NCBI RefSeq assembly: GCF_009914755.1
Contig: NC_060931.1
Strand: one strand, 5' to 3'
DNA: 64,000 nucleotides
DNA from: the human T2T-CHM13v2.0 reference genome, Homo sapiens
Shown here piece by piece: positions 41,997-57,860 of the stretch. Position numbers and translations under genes: made by a program. Position 1 is the first letter of the stretch. Every line of letters starts with the position of its first letter. Under the pieces are notes generated by a model, which was not told the origin of the DNA, made no database searches, and was given only the letters and a program-made list of their open reading frames with translations.

Positions 41997-44919
41997 GGTC
42001 TTGCCTCACATGTAGGTTACAAATGCCGGGAATATACTCTAATCCATACTGAAACAGGAAGTACTTAAGAGCAAGGTAGAACCAACACGCCCTGCAGGAC
42101 GCCTGGATGACACCTCACAGATAGCAGATACCTATTTACAAGATAAATTCATCCATATTTTATATCATCCCCGTGTCCCTAAAAAGAGTTGGTGTCTCCT
42201 AAACAGTTTGAATTTTTTTTTTCAAATAGTGTTTATTCAAGACAGTAAATTTTAACTCACCAGCTTAACCACTCTAAATAAAACTCCCATTCACCCATCT
42301 GGATTCAGAGGCAAAAGAATGCTTTTCCCAATGATCTTATGAAAATAAGATTCTCCATACTGTCTTATAGAAACTGTCAATGACAAAAATGAATATTCTT
42401 GACAACTGTAAGGGGGACTATGTCTTTAGTATGTTTTATGTTGTGTCAAATGAAAATTATCCTCCCAATAAGTACTTTGATAATCAATACAAAATTAAAT
42501 TTTATAAACAAAACCAATAGTGTACTAGGAAACAGACGAACAATGACTGTCTTAGCTAATCACAGGCTTGCGTACGTTACTTGTTTAATGTTCCATGCTT
42601 TCCAAAAGCTTAATCTATCCATTTTTATGACACTGAAAGAGAAAAGCTTTAAATATGTCAAGGTGAAGCCAGCCCCCACTGTGACTGTGCTAACACAGGT
42701 ACACGTGTTTTCTCTCAAGATCTATCCCTGAAGCCAAAGAAAAGAAATAAAGCTCTAAAATAGAAGCTTAATGATAAAAAGAACTATTGAGTAAATCTGA
42801 CAGAGGATTAGCAAACGACATGCACGAAACTGACTTAAGAGTAACATTTGAGCAAACATAAAACTTATGATGCTGTCAGGGTCATAGAGTCAGGGAAATG
42901 GGATTATTTACTCTTAAAAACTTTTAAAAAAGAACATAAAAGAAAATTGTAACCGTAAAATTAGGAAGAGCTTCCTGATACAAAAAAAAAAAAAAAAAAC
43001 TATCCACATATAAGATAGAGTTTGCTTGAATGAGGTGGATAACTAACTATAGGTGTTCAAAGAAACATTACTTAACCTTAAGCTGACAAGATAAAGTAAA
43101 ATGAATAAAACTAAATAACTTCCTGAGGAAAGGCATTTAAAGTTAAAGAGCATTTCCCTGATTAATGAAGGAGTAATCCTGTAAAATGGAATCTGTGGTC
43201 AAATGGACCTCCCCATCAGAAAGCTTCAGCAGTGCCACGGCTCAGAATTCCTCTAAGTACTAACTTGGCATTTTTCCCTCATGAAAGACACAGCTTTGCT
43301 GACACTGGATTTAAAGAACCAAGGGTATCAGAGAGCCTGATAAACAAATGTGCCCTTCAAAGGATTATAAATAGGTATGAGCGTAAATTCTTTCTGAACT
43401 GGGGTGCCAGTTTAAAGTATTAAGACTATGGCATAGCACAAACATAAGCATCTCAGATCTGTCAAGGTCCTACCTTTGCAATGTGTTAGCTCTAAACTGA
43501 GCAGACTTTCCTTGGGCCTGGGAATTAGAAAATGCTACACTGAAGTAAATTGCATGTGCTTCTTTCTGTTATTGGCAGCTACCTAGCTTGGGTTAAATTT
43601 CTAGGCCACTGGTGAAATTGAGAATTTACACCAGATTTACTTACCCACAGCCCACCTATATAGATGTACTATCCTTTTTTAAGAATATACAAGCAGAAGA
43701 AAAGAGAATGAAGAGTTAACAGAGGTCTAGCCCTGCCCTCTGCCACAAATTTGCTAAGTAGGCATGAAAAATTGACACTCTCAGTTTCACCTAAAAATGC
43801 ATGAAGAGAGAAGAGGAAAATGCTCAAACAAGATGTTTTCCTCAGCTATCCTCAAGCAACAAAATTCTACAATCCATGCATTATCCAGTCTTCATAACAA
43901 AATGGATGCCATCAAGAATGCAGGCAACTTTACAGAACACACTCACAGGCAGCAGAAACCCAGATATTGTATACAACAATAGGAATCTCAGACATGAAAA
44001 CACATTGTGCAAATTCTTACTCAACACTTAATTTAAAATGCCATCCTTAGAATATAAGAAAATATGAAGTGAAACACAATGGTTAATATCAAAAACAGCA
44101 AATACAATGTGATCTGCAGAGCTCAGTGCAAATTTAGAATATCACTTCTCATTACTGGTTATGGATTTCATCTATGAATGTGTTGACATTTTTTATCTCC
44201 TCTTGCCACAGCCTGCCAATCTTGGTTTACTTAGCGATCACCAACTCACTACAAAAAAAATAGGCTTTTTCCAGGGCATTATTGCAAAGTTTAAAAGGTA
44301 TTTAGACAGGTCAAACATCCCTTGAAATATGAAAAGTAAATTTTTCTATTCCAAAGTAAAATGACAAAAATTTTTCATCAAAATATTTAAATGCCAATCT
44401 TCCCAGCTCCTCTCTCTCTCTAGCTTACAAACATAAGACCAAGCAATGCAGTATATCTATCAAGGATAAAAAAGTAAGGTAATTACATAAAATTTTAAAA
44501 GCCTGAAAAGGCTCTTAGTTTTTACAAAGAAATCAATAAACAACTGCAATTATTTTTAAGTAAATATGAAGAGTTGAGGTATAATGTTAGGGGAAGAAGA
44601 GAGATAAGTGAAATGGAATGATACCAATCTGATAGCTGGTGGTAGAAAATTGGAGTAGATATTCCCAAATTCCTTGGGAAGAAGCTAATTTCTGAAGTCA
44701 AGTTCCTTGGTATTCTAGACTAGGAAGTAAGAGTGTGTATAAAGATTGAAAAACAATGACCTGAAGATTTGTGCTGAAAGTAAAGTATCAAGTCATGCTC
44801 CTTTATTTGTTCTTTACAGTTTTGGGGGACTGCAAGAATACCTAGGATAAAGGAAAGAGAAGTACAACGGAACAAATTAACATTCAGACACTTGTGCAAC
44901 TGGAGGGAGCTTTGTTTTT

Positions 44920-45952
44920 ATTTTTTTCAATTTTATTTATTTTAAATTTATCTTTTGATACATTATATTTGTACACATTCATGGGGGCACTTGTGATATT
45001 CTGTTATAGGCATAAGGTAACACTAATGATAATTTTCTTACATTTGTAATGATCAAATTAGGGTATTCAGGATGTCTATCACCCAAGTATTTATTATATT
45101 ACAAGTCGCCTCTCTTCTGTTTTGAAAAATACATAATTGTTAACTATAGGCACCCTACTCTGCTATCAAACATTAGAACTTTAACTGTATGTTTGTATCC
45201 ATTACCCAACCTCTCTTTACCCTCTATCCAACACCTGCTCTTCCTAGCCTCTGGTATTTATCATTCGTTTGCTACCTCCATGTGATCAACTCTCTTAGAT
45301 TCTACATATGAGGGAAATCATGCAGAATTTGTCCTCCTGTGTCTGGCTTATTTCACTTAACACAATGACCTCCAGTTCAATCCATGTTGCTGCAGATGAT
45401 AGGATTTCATTCTTTTTTTTACGGTCAACAGTATTCCATTGTGTATATATATCACATTATATTTATCCATTCATCTGTTGATAGACACTTAGGTTGATTC
45501 CACATCTTTGCTATTGGGAATAGTGCCACAATAAACATGAGGATGCAGGTATTCTTTTGACATATTGATTTAATTTCCTTTGGATAAATACCAAGTAATG
45601 AGATTGCTGAATCTTATGGTATTTCTATTTTTAATTTTTTAAGGAAACTCCATACTGTTTTCTGTAGAGGTTGTACTAGTTTACATTCCCACCAACAGTA
45701 TATAGGAAATCCCTTTTCTCTACATACTTGTCAACATCTGTTATTTTTTGCCTTTTTAATAATAGCCATTCTAACTGAGGTGGGATGATATTTCATTGTG
45801 GTTTTTATTTTTTCATATACATGTTGGCCATTTATATGTCTTCTTTTGAGAAATGTCTATTTATGCCCTTTGCCCATTTTTAACGGTTTTTTTTTTTTTT
45901 TTTTTTACTGTTGAGTCCTTTGAGCTCCTTGTATATTCTGGATATTAGTCCC
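44920..45952 (-). mobile_element. Old L1 (L1MA-like) 3' region
   Basis: tggcttatttcacttaacacaatgacctccagt...ccatgttgctgca...gagaaatgtcta L1 reverse-complement motifs. Confidence 0.85.
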
Positions 45953-48900
45953 ATCTTCCCCCTTCTACAGATAGGGAAACAGTTCCAAAGCAATGGCATG
46001 AGTTGCATCAACATAATCAGCTCTTGAGGAGAACCTAAATCACAGAGGTACTAATACACGAGGGGTGGTAACTGGAATGAAGAGGAGCAGCAGCAGAGGG
46101 AAGTATGATGTAAATCATTGTTATCAGTGATTTATAATCATGAAAACAGAATCCAAAGGAAATAAAATGAAGTGTAGTCTCTACCTGAAATGTGAATGTG
46201 TCTTTCATCCTAAGAGAACAGAAAATGAGTGAATATTGGAGGTAAGAAACTTACAAAAAATTAATGCAAAATACAAAAAACAAAATGAAGAAAATAATCA
46301 CATCATAACAGAGGGTTAAGCATCTTCTTAGTGTATAAACAATGCCTATATGAATCAGTATTAAGAAAATGAACATGTAAATGGGACATAGGACATGAAC
46401 AGATAATTCACAAAGAAATATGAATGACCAATATAGAAATGTTAAACTTCACTAATAGCAAATAATAATAATAAGGGAACCTAACCATTGGCATTTATTT
46501 TATGATAATACCAAATGTGCAAGTAAAAACAGCACTCATATATGGTTATGGTAGAAAAACCTGTTACTACTTTGAGGGCAATTTAATAATCTGTATAAAT
46601 AACCTAAACAGTGCTCATCACCTATCACCCAGTAATTCTACTTGCAGAAATTTATCCAAGATAATAAACTTATGACTATGAACAATTATTTCAGCATTTA
46701 CTTTTTAATAGTAAAAAATGAAAACATAACTAATAAGCAAGATATTAAATAATATTTAGATACAAGCACACAATGATTTATTATGCATTTACTTAAAACC
46801 ATGTTTATATTGAGTATCTGATATTAAAGTATGCTAATGTCATATAAATCAGATTCCAGTTTTATACATACAAAACAGAAACACCAAACTGTAAAAGGAG
46901 TTGCTATAGCTATTGAAATTATACAGGCGGTATTTGTTTTCTTTTTCTCTCTTTTTATAATGTACTATTTTTAGAGCAGTTTTAGGATGACAAAAACATT
47001 TCTTATTTTAAATATTTCTTAAATTTGCCAACATAAACATATACTACTTCTATTAAAAAGTGTTCTTAAAATAATATCACAGTAGAAAATTTCTGAATTT
47101 CACAATTCAAGACATTTTGCAAAAAAAGGCCAGAATTAGAACATTTTTGAGATAAAAATGAGTACTGTTCCCCAAATTTCATAATAAACATATTGAAAAA
47201 TTTTTTTTTAATTCATTGAAGGAATGAAGGAATTTGTCCCATTATAAAGCAGGAAATCTGAACAGCAAATGGTGGTGGGGGTGGGGGTGGCAACAACAAA
47301 GCTGATTTTAATACTTTTTTGGTAACTTTTAAAAGATTAAATACCTCTCTCTCATTTATTCTTTGGAACCAAAGTAGAACATAAACAAATGAAAACAGTA
47401 AGAAAACTATACATCCTTTCTGAAAAGTTGTGAACAAAGCCAAGTCACAAAATTTTTTTTTTTTTAAGAAGCTCTAGCATCCATATTTTGTACAACAGCA
47501 GAACTTGAAAGTTTGTATTATGCTGAAAGCAGCTAGTAAGCAACTGTATACTGCCTTTTGGAAATCTACAAGAGAAAGACCATTTACTTTTCCACATGTC
47601 CACTGTAAATCACATTGTCATTTGTTATATTTGGATAAAGTGCACCTGAATTCTGTGAAACAGAAGCAGATATCTGAGGGGAAGAATAGCTTGGAAAGTA
47701 ACAAATTGCAATCAACCTATGTTTACCTAACTGCAGAGTCAGATGATGTTTCCTAAATTGAAAAATAGACCAAAACCAAAAAATGGCCAAAAACGAAGAG
47801 CACACACTTGTAGAATTTGTGTACATTTTAGCACTTCCTTTAGACAATGAGGTGCTTAAAGGAAAAAAAAAGGTGAAGAGGGGAAAAAAAAACCCTTCAA
47901 TTAACAAAAAAGATGAAAGTGCAGCAGAATCAAACAACAATTAGGAACCGCAAAATTATCAAGATTATAACTGCCAACTTTTATTAAGTAGTTAGGTATG
48001 CTACCTGCCATTTCTTTCTTCTCTTCCTATTCTGGTCCGTCCCTCTACCATCATGTCTGCCAACTTAGGTGGTTTAGATATTTGGGTCAATTTTTAATTA
48101 TGCCAACTGTGTGTGTGAGAATATTGAAGAAATTTCACAAACATACTTCTTTATTATTCTTGTTACTTATAATACTTAAGACATCTTATTAAAAATATGA
48201 TATAAATTATATTGTTACATAAAAATCATTATCATTCCTCAGTATATGCTTTTATGTAACATGTTGAACAGTATTCATAGTAAATATTAATTATAACTAA
48301 CATATACACACAAAGACACCCCCCACCCAAGAAAACACCACATAGAAATACCCAAAAAGATCTAATCCTGGAATAATCTAGCTGAAAGAAATTATTTCCT
48401 TTAAAAAAATGTACCAAGAAGAAATGAATTTTGTCAAATAACGTGGAGAAAAAGAAATATATCTCGGGTTTCATACCAAGATCCCAGGTATTAAAGTAAA
48501 CCGAATATCTGAAGGTACAACCACTATAAGAACAGACAGAAAACTTTTTTTTTTTGAGATGGAGTAATTGTCTATAGACTATATAGACCTACAATCAAGA
48601 TGGAAAAGGCTATTCATAAAAATCATTCAAGAAATAGCAATCATAAAGCTGAGAGAGAAAAATAATAGCAAACAGATTTTGAGAAAATGTATATACTACG
48701 AGTACAAAGATATCTTTTCAATTTAATTTGTAATACACATTTATTAGGATTGTTCATATATATATTGTTGAAGAATATAATATAATATATATTCTAGGAT
48801 TAGATCTTTTTGGGTATTTCTATGTGCTATTTTCTTGGGTGGGGGTGTCTTTGTAATATATATTTGTGTATAATATATATTATGTAATAAATACATATAT

Positions 48901-49714
48901 TTACATTATATATTATATATAATTATATATTACATATAATTATATATTATATATAATCCTTCAAGCCAATCCTTCAACATACATTATGTATATAATATAT
49001 ATACATTATATATTATATACATAATGTATATTATATATAATATACATTATATATGCTATGTATATTATATGATATACATTATATATGCTATGTATAATAT
49101 ATATTATATAATATACATTATATATTATGTATAATACATATTATATACAGATTCAGAAATGGCTATCACAGCTAAAGGATTGTAAACATAATAAATGAGC
49201 AAATTACCACTTAAAGATTATTAATAGTTGACAACAGCTGCATACAGCAAACAATATATATAACATCCCTGAAAACACAGACTTCAAATGATGTAAGAAG
49301 CCACAAAAGATCATAGAATCACAGAATAACTAGGTTAGAAAGAACATGAAAGGCCAACCATGCTTCATATATATCTAGCATCTTCAAGGAAACACAAAAT
49401 CATGAAATGAAGGACAATCATATTCAAAAGAAATTTCATTACAATACAAAAGTAATACTTTTAGAAAAAGAGAATTGTGGAGAAAGTAAGAATAAAAACA
49501 AGATCAAAATATACAGTTTCTAGATAGAGCAATAAGTACTGCAATACCCATTCACTCAGTCATCAAGTATTCATTGAATATATTTGTGTGCTAAACTGGG
49601 GATACAATGGTAAACAGAAATGGCTCTTTCATGGAACATACATTCTAGAAGTTATAAGGTCTGCATCAATATGGTTCTCAAATGACAATGTGAATCAAAA
49701 TTATCAAGGCTGTG

Positions 49715-50034
<320 letters not shown>

Positions 50035-50041
50035 TCAAGGC

Positions 50042-50392
50042 TGTGAACAAATGTGATCCCAAAAGAGCCAATCCTTCAAGATGGATCCCAAGTAGCTAAC
50101 TAGGTTTACATTCAAATTGAGTCAAGTGGCCATTTGCTGACTAGAAGTCACAAATGTTACTCTGAGTTCCCTGAAAATTCACACCTCTGTTTAACTTTGG
50201 GACTTCAGGAACTCACCTGAACCCACCAATCAGAGCTCACCTACCTTGTCCAATCAGGGCCCAGTGATATCCAACCAATCAGAACTTGCTTGTGTTGACC
50301 AATGAGAGCTAAGCAAGTTTGAATCCTTTATTTGCATAAGTGGACCTGACTGGGAACCTAGTGCAAAATCTTTCACTATAAAATCAGAGCCC
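50042..50392 (+). mobile_element. Probable ERV LTR U3 remnant with multiple CCAAT boxes
   Basis: TG start; four ccaat units between 50226 and 50303, atttgcat, ctataaaa; followed by an Alu-monomer fragment at ~50395-50485. Confidence 0.55.
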
Positions 50393-50893
50393 ATTGCTTG
50401 AGTCAAGGATTTCTAGGCCACAGTAAGCTATGATCACATCACTGCACTCTAGTCGGGGTGACTGAATGAGACCTTGTCTCAAAATAAATTAAATTAAAAA
50501 TCAAAATTAAATAAATGAAATTGCTTTTCAGAGAACTTTTGTTCACAAAGCACAGGTTCAAAATTCAGATGTTGAAGCCCCATTCTCAGAAATTCTTATT
50601 CAACAGGTCTTGTATGGAACCTAAGAGTCTGCTTTTAGTCAGCTATGGTGGTATGAGGTCCTTAGCTCTGCTTTTAATTAGCTATGCAGTATTGGACAAG
50701 TCACTTAACTTCATGAGTAAGATGGGAATAATTATCTTGTTTATAAGACTTATTCTAAAATATAAATATATATTTAAATATATTTTAATTTCTCTGATGT
50801 CTGAGATTGCTAATAGATTTTGAAGTGCCCACAGTACCTGACATAGGTATATTCAAAATGGCAACTGTGAAATAACGATAGCATGCCAGAAAT

Positions 50894-50942
<49 letters not shown>

Positions 50943-53496
50943 AAAATCTGGATTCACATTTAACTCGGATGCTTACAATATGTAACACTGGAAAAGTCAT
51001 TTAACCTCTATGAGCTTCAATTTCTATTTATGTAAAGTGTAGGTAATAATACTTGCACTGTTTATTGCAAGGAGATATTGAAAGAAGAAAAGTTAAGACT
51101 GTTCTGGTAAACTATAAAAATTACTACATAAAAGTAATAATACATAAATAAAACATAAAGATCATGATCACAGGAAAATATGCAAAATATACTTCTAAAA
51201 AAATGAAAGGCATTTTGGGAAAAAAATTGAGAAGCAACTTTTCTACCTTATTTTTCCAACTAAATTTATTTATTCATTCAAGAGTTTGTTGCATACCAAG
51301 TGTGTATTACCTGGAAAACAGTAACTCCACAAATGCACCCCAGGAATGCAGACTCCATAATGAGCATCACAAATCTTAACACCATTTTGAGACGTGCACA
51401 AAGACATGTTAGATATAGTTTCACGACTAAACACTAGCTGGAAATACGAACAGAAGTATAGAAAAACCCTCGGTCACCAAGTCAAACCACCTCTTCAATG
51501 CTTACATCTCTTTCTGTAAAAATCCTAGCAGGTAGTCATTTAATTCCACTGGTTAGCAATCCACCAATTCTAAGAGAATCATCTGGAAAGCTTTCAAAAG
51601 CATGAATTCTGTAAGTCTGATTCAGAAAGTCTGAGACAGAACCCCAGGACCTGTTTCTGTAGTATGTTTCCCAAGTGACTGTGAAAGGCCACTAGAATCA
51701 AGTTGTGATGCTATACTCAACCAGTCCATTCTATTTTGGGGCACTGCAACCAAACTCTAGATATATTAGGTTGAAATCTTCCCCACTTCAGTTTCCACCC
51801 AAGTCCTAGTTTTACTCTTGGGATTGCATACAACACCATAAACCGAATCTGTCTACAGGCTAAACACCCCCAGCTCCTTCAACTTACATATGGCATGTTT
51901 CAAACCTGATCACTAAATTTGTGCACTTTTTTTATTCATATATGGTGCCCAGAAGAGAACATAATCCTCATGTAGAACACAATGGGGATACTCTCTCCTT
52001 CACTGGAGTTACAATATTTTTATTAGCACAGCTTGTGTGCCTTTTTTTCAATCTGTATTCTGTTGAAATGTGTGCCTTTTTCTAAACTGTGGCCACATCA
52101 TACTACGCTTACTTTTAAAAACTCACTTATTTTGAAATATTCTAGGTTTACACAAAAGTTACAATGATAGTACAAAGAACTCCCTCATCCCCCTGCTGAT
52201 CCAATTTCAGTTTCCCTAACCTTATCATCTTAGAGTGCAGCAGTGCATTTATCAAAACCAAATATAAGCCTACTGTTTCACTAAAAACTTTATATCTTTT
52301 TATACAGATTACTCCCCTGAGCTACATTTCCTTCATCCCAAATACAGACTTTTGGCTTTTCTTTAGTTTAAGTACATGAGGCAAATATAGAAATTTACAG
52401 TTAATACTGTAAGATTCAAATATTGAATTTTACATGATGAAATCTTCCTCTGACTCTTACAAGGTGAAATCTAAGGTCCTATAGATGTTAAAATTTTGAG
52501 CTCCTATAACTTGTTAAGATATTCTGAGACAAGGTCCAGTTGGACATACCCACTCTTGACATTAGATTTATGTTATATACATATTTAGTCAGCAAAACTT
52601 CATTTAATTCAATAGGCTGAGGCTTGGGGTAAGGTAAACTTCTCTAGAGTTGCATTAATTAACCTCTGATGCATACCATCACTATTACAAATCCAATCAG
52701 TTAACAGTACATCCAATTACTTAATATTTTTACACAAAAATATTCTTGCCTCAGGTAAGTTCAGACCCATTGTATCTCCACATTTTCCCTTGTTTATTAG
52801 TCTAACATATATTCGCATATTATGCTTCTTCAGCTGAAAGGTGTTGAGTACCTGCACAATGAAAGGAATCCATTCCCTCAAATGACTCTGAATTGCTTAT
52901 GCAAAAAGTGAATTCTCTAAACTAACAGCTAGTGGCAACTCACTGAAGCAGTTAATGACCATGTGTGAAAACTGGTGCTCATAGGAAATCCATAGAGAAA
53001 CTCCTATGAGTCACAAGCTAGAATCAGAAGAAACAGCAGAATGGTATTGGTAGTATTATTTCTTTAGGAAGCAAAGAGAATTCAATTCATCCTCTTGAAA
53101 TTAGTTACTAGCTTTAATTATTATAAAGCTTAGGGAACAAAATTGCATAAGATAGCAATTTACTATTGAAATCCAGATTTAAAAGGATAATTTAGACATG
53201 TGGACCTAAAGATAGCTATAGTCAGCTGTATCAATCACTGCCAGAAGATTTTTCTAAATAGTTTACTTCTCCTCAAAAGATGTGACTAATTTCGATTCTG
53301 TTTATCTCTCAAAACCAGGCTGTGGAATTAGAGCTTTTAAATTGCTAAATAGAACTGACAATGCTTTCAAAAAGGTTGCAAATTCACAGCCTTCCTGTCA
53401 GACCAGCAAGCTTCTTTAAAATGAGAAACCCATAAAAATAATAAAACTCCTTTTAAAATGCATCGGAAAGCCAAAAACAAAGCTCTTCAAACTTAC

Positions 53497-53610
53497 CTCA
53501 TAATAACTCCGAACTGCGTTGCAAAATGCTTCGTCAGCTACAATTTGGGTTTCCCCATTGAGGAAGGCCTGGAACCGTTCTTTCAGTAACTGCAACTGTT
53601 GTTTGTTAAG
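53497..53610 (-). CDS. CADPS2: Calcium-dependent secretion activator 2, internal coding exon (exon 2 from memory)
   Basis: ttttcttgtag acceptor, GAG|gtaagt donor, 114 nt, phase 0/0, [38 protein letters not shown]; consistent with RNF133/RNF148 being nested in CADPS2. Confidence 0.96.
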
Positions 53611-53773
53611 CTACAAGAAAAAGAGAAAATAAGCAGATAAATTGGCCAGTACATGAAAAAATAATGACTATTAAAAATCATATTTGCTGTATATTAGATT
53701 TCACATCTAGAATTAACTTTATAGTAAAGAAAAATAAAAGCTAAAACATCCTACTACTTGTTCTAATGGTTAG

Positions 53774-54068
<295 letters not shown>

Positions 54069-54101
54069 TAAAACATTTCCAAGCCATTTCATGTACTCTG
54101 T

Positions 54102-54212
54102 AATCCTGATATGGAAGTGGAATCCAAATTTCTACCCCAAATTTCCAGAATCCTGATATGGAAGTGGAATCCAAATTTCTACCCCAAGTTTCTATCTCAA
54201 ATTTCCAGAATT
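54102..54212. repeat. Local tandem duplication (~47-bp unit)
   Basis: aatcctgatatggaagtggaatccaaatttctaccccaa occurs twice. Confidence 0.9.
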
Positions 54213-54734
54213 CTTGTGATTGCCACACCAGTTTCTTCATAGAGACAGGGAAAATATAAAATTTGGATAAGAAATTAACTAATAGTTAATATTAATAATA
54301 TTATACAAAATCGCCAGCTGTTCTAAACAGAGAAAGTAGAGAGGAGCTTAGAGATGAGGGAGGGATGCCTTGGACAAGAGTTAATAGGAAGAAAGACTGA
54401 AAAGACAGAACGTACCCTAAGAAAGATCCCTCTGGAAAGAACAGCCATTGCATGCCAAAATTTGGATTCCATGAACAAACATACATCAATACCTGAGTTT
54501 AGATAATTGAAGGAATAATAAGGAGAAGACAAAGAAGACAAATCCAAAAGAGAACAGAGAGGCAGCAGGTAGGCAGTGAATGCGTCTTTGAGCACATAGG
54601 AGAAAATGCTCTGAACTGGGGAAGTTTACAACCAAGGGTCCTTACCCTGGGTCTAGCTTCCATAATTAATACAGAGGGTGAATTAGACATGAAATGTGAC
54701 TTATCAATCATGTCCTCTAGTCATCAACTACAAG

Positions 54735-54890
54735 CAGGGTGAGCTACTTAATTTGTAGGGCCCAGTGCAAAATAAAAATAAGGAGCTTCTTAGTAAAAAT
54801 ATTAACAATTTCAAGACGGCAGGAACAGAGAGCATTAAGCTGAGTGCAGAGCCCTTCTAGGCACTAAGCCCTGCACAACTGTACACACAG
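54735..54890. mobile_element. MER45-like hAT element
   Basis: caggg...taatttgtagggcccagtgcaaaataaaaat...gccctgcacaactgtacac. Confidence 0.65.
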
Positions 54891-56379
54891 GGGCATGTAC
54901 TTCACTAGAAATAAGGCGTCTTAGATCTTAGGTAATGCAGAAGCTTTTTTTTTTTTTATGCTTAACTGGAGAGAAAACAACATAGTCTTGGAGATAAAAC
55001 AACAAATTCCAAAATACATAAGAAACAGCAAAGGAATGATCCTTCCATTTCATTCGATCCTGATCAGACTTTATTAACAAACTCATTCCAGTTCTGGAAT
55101 CTACAGAGGGATGTGAAGCATCTGGAAACATACTGAGGATAAAATGATTAAAGGATTAGGAAGACTAAACAAACTGGTATGACTTGGCTCAAAAAGAAGG
55201 CTGATGTGAATTAAGTATAAATCTGTTCAAAAGGCTTATTAAACTGCCATTCAAATAAAAGGAAGACAAGCTCTTTCAAAAAATGGGTTTTATTTAGGAC
55301 TCTAACAAATAAGACAGTTTTTAAAGAAACTGTAGCTGGGAGTAACAGACTGATTTAAAAAAAATTAAAAAGTGTCCTATTGTACCCAGGGGGGGAAAAA
55401 AAAAAAAAAAAAAACTTTTGCCATGGGCAGCGAAGAAAGAAGACCATTCCATCTCTTTACTAAGATTATCTCCTTCATTTTAGAGGAAGCTTAACCAAGC
55501 TGAGGTGCAGGAACATCATCATTATATTACAATCTCCATTTCTGTAATATTAAGAAAATGGAAGCAGGTACCTTTTGTATGGGTGCATACTAGCAACGCA
55601 AATTAAGTTCATGACTTTAGCTCTCTAGGCATGATTCACAAAAGGGACCAAATGGAAATGGGACAGCAATTGCTGAGAGTGAGGCGGCTGAAAGCACTAT
55701 AGTTACTAAGCTCTGGGAATGCCAAGAAGAGCTTCTCCTTGCAAGCCAAGTAAAATAATGGCAATGGAAATGTATGCAAAGAATGACAATGAACTGAAGG
55801 AGACCTTACTGATCACTTGTGCCAACTCCTTTGCTTGATAAATAAAATACATACTCTTCAAAAACTAGAAACTGTGTATTTTTTCATTCAATTTTATTTT
55901 ATCAAAGATATCTTTTTTGTTCTTTAAAACTCTTCTAAACTACAATATTTGCAATTTCTACATCATTAGTATTTAAGTTCCGCTATTATAACAGTGAGTT
56001 ACTCTTTGGTAATTACAGTGTAGAAAATTCATGGATATGAATCAAGGAAAGGAGGTTTGGGCAAATCATCTTCTTGGAAGCTCCAACAAAGTTGATATAG
56101 TTCACAAAATAAGCCAGAGTCACCTGGCTAAATGTCAGGCTTCAATATTTTTATGAATAGAGGATACTGCAGTTACATTTAAGACATAAAATGGATCAAA
56201 TATGACAATTACATACAAAAAGCAAATAAATGAATACTTTATTAGCATAAAGAAGAAGTCTACTTTTTCACATAGGCAAGATGGGGCAGGAAAAGAAAAC
56301 TAAACTTAAAATCTAGCACTGGGGATAGCTGTCAGAAAGCAGTTTCCTAAAAGCTATTTGCATTATCAAGATAAACCAG

Positions 56380-57860
56380 ACTGTATACCAAGAGATAGAC
56401 CAGTGGAACAGATCGAAGAAACAGACCGAAATACAATCAGAAATGTACTATAAAACACCTATATAGCAACTCAAATCAGTAGTAATGGATGGTCTACTCA
56501 ATGAATGGTGTTAAAATAATATAAAAGATGTTCCACCTCATGTCATCAGGGAAATGCAAATTAAAATAATGAGATTTACTACAAACCCATTAGAAAGAAC
56601 AAAATCCAGAACACAGAAAACACTTGATGCTGGCAAGGATATAGACCACAGGATCTCTCATTCTTTGCTACTGGGAAAGCAAAATGGTATAGCTACTTTG
56701 TAAAACAGGTTGATGGTTTCTTACAAATTAATACACTTCTATCATATGATCCAGTAATCACAGTCCTTAGTACTTGCCCAAATGAGTTGGAAATTTATGT
56801 CCACACAAATACCTGTACACAAATGTTTAAAGTAGCTTTTTTCATAATTGCAAAATTCAGTAGATGAATGGATAAACTCGGGTACGTCCAACAATGGAAT
56901 ATTATTTAGCAAGTAATGAAATAAGCTATCAAGCCATGGAAAGACATGGAGGAACCTTAAATGCATATTACTATGTAAAAGCAGCCAATATAAAAAGGCT
57001 ACATACTGTACGACTCCAACGATATGACATTCTGGACAAGGCAAAGCTATGGAGACAGTAAAAAGATCAGCTGTTGATAACAGTGTAGGCTATGCATGTG
57101 TGGGGGCAGGATATATATGGGAAATTTCTGTACCATCCACTCAAGCTCAATTTTGTTGTGAAATTAAAATTTCATAAAAAAATAAACTCTATTAAAAATA
57201 CTGAAATGTCATCAATTTATTTGCATTAAAAATAAATTTTACATGGCAAAAAATACCATAGGCAAAATAGGAAAAGATTAACTAGAAAAAAAAATACTTG
57301 CAACTCATTACCCAAAGAGTTCATTTCTAACCATATAGAGAGTTCCTAGAAATTGATAAGAACATCATAAATAAACCAACAGAAAAATGGACAAAATTGA
57401 TATGTTCAGATAAAAGACTTAATCCATGAAAACAAGCCTACATTCATAAAAAGAATACAAATTAAAACTGTATGAGAAGCCATTTTAAAGGTACATATCC
57501 TTGGAATCAGCAATTCCACTTTGAGATTGGATCAATACTACAGATACACCTGCACATGTGAGAAATGACATGTGTAGAAGGTTATTTACCACATAATTCT
57601 TAATTGCAAAAACAAGGAAAATAACCTAAATGTTCATATATAGGAGACTAAATTATGCCACATCTATAAACAGTGGTATACTATTCATTGCATTAAAAGA
57701 ATGTAAACATTCTCTATGTACTGATTTTAAATATTTTAAAAATATCTTGGGGCAGAAAGCAAGTTATAGAACAGCAGTTAAAATAAGTCACCACTCACAT
57801 AGAAAATGGATAAATAACATGTATGTGAATTTGCTTCCATATATAGACAGAAACTAGGGA
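56380..57860 (+). mobile_element. Old L1M fragments (nested 3' regions)
   Basis: gggaaatgcaaattaaaa...aagacatggaggaaccttaaatgcatattact...ggctacatactgta motifs. Confidence 0.8.

Noticed and set aside
50898-50946. Long poly(A) as a retrocopy tail
   Set aside because: No recognisable body or TSD
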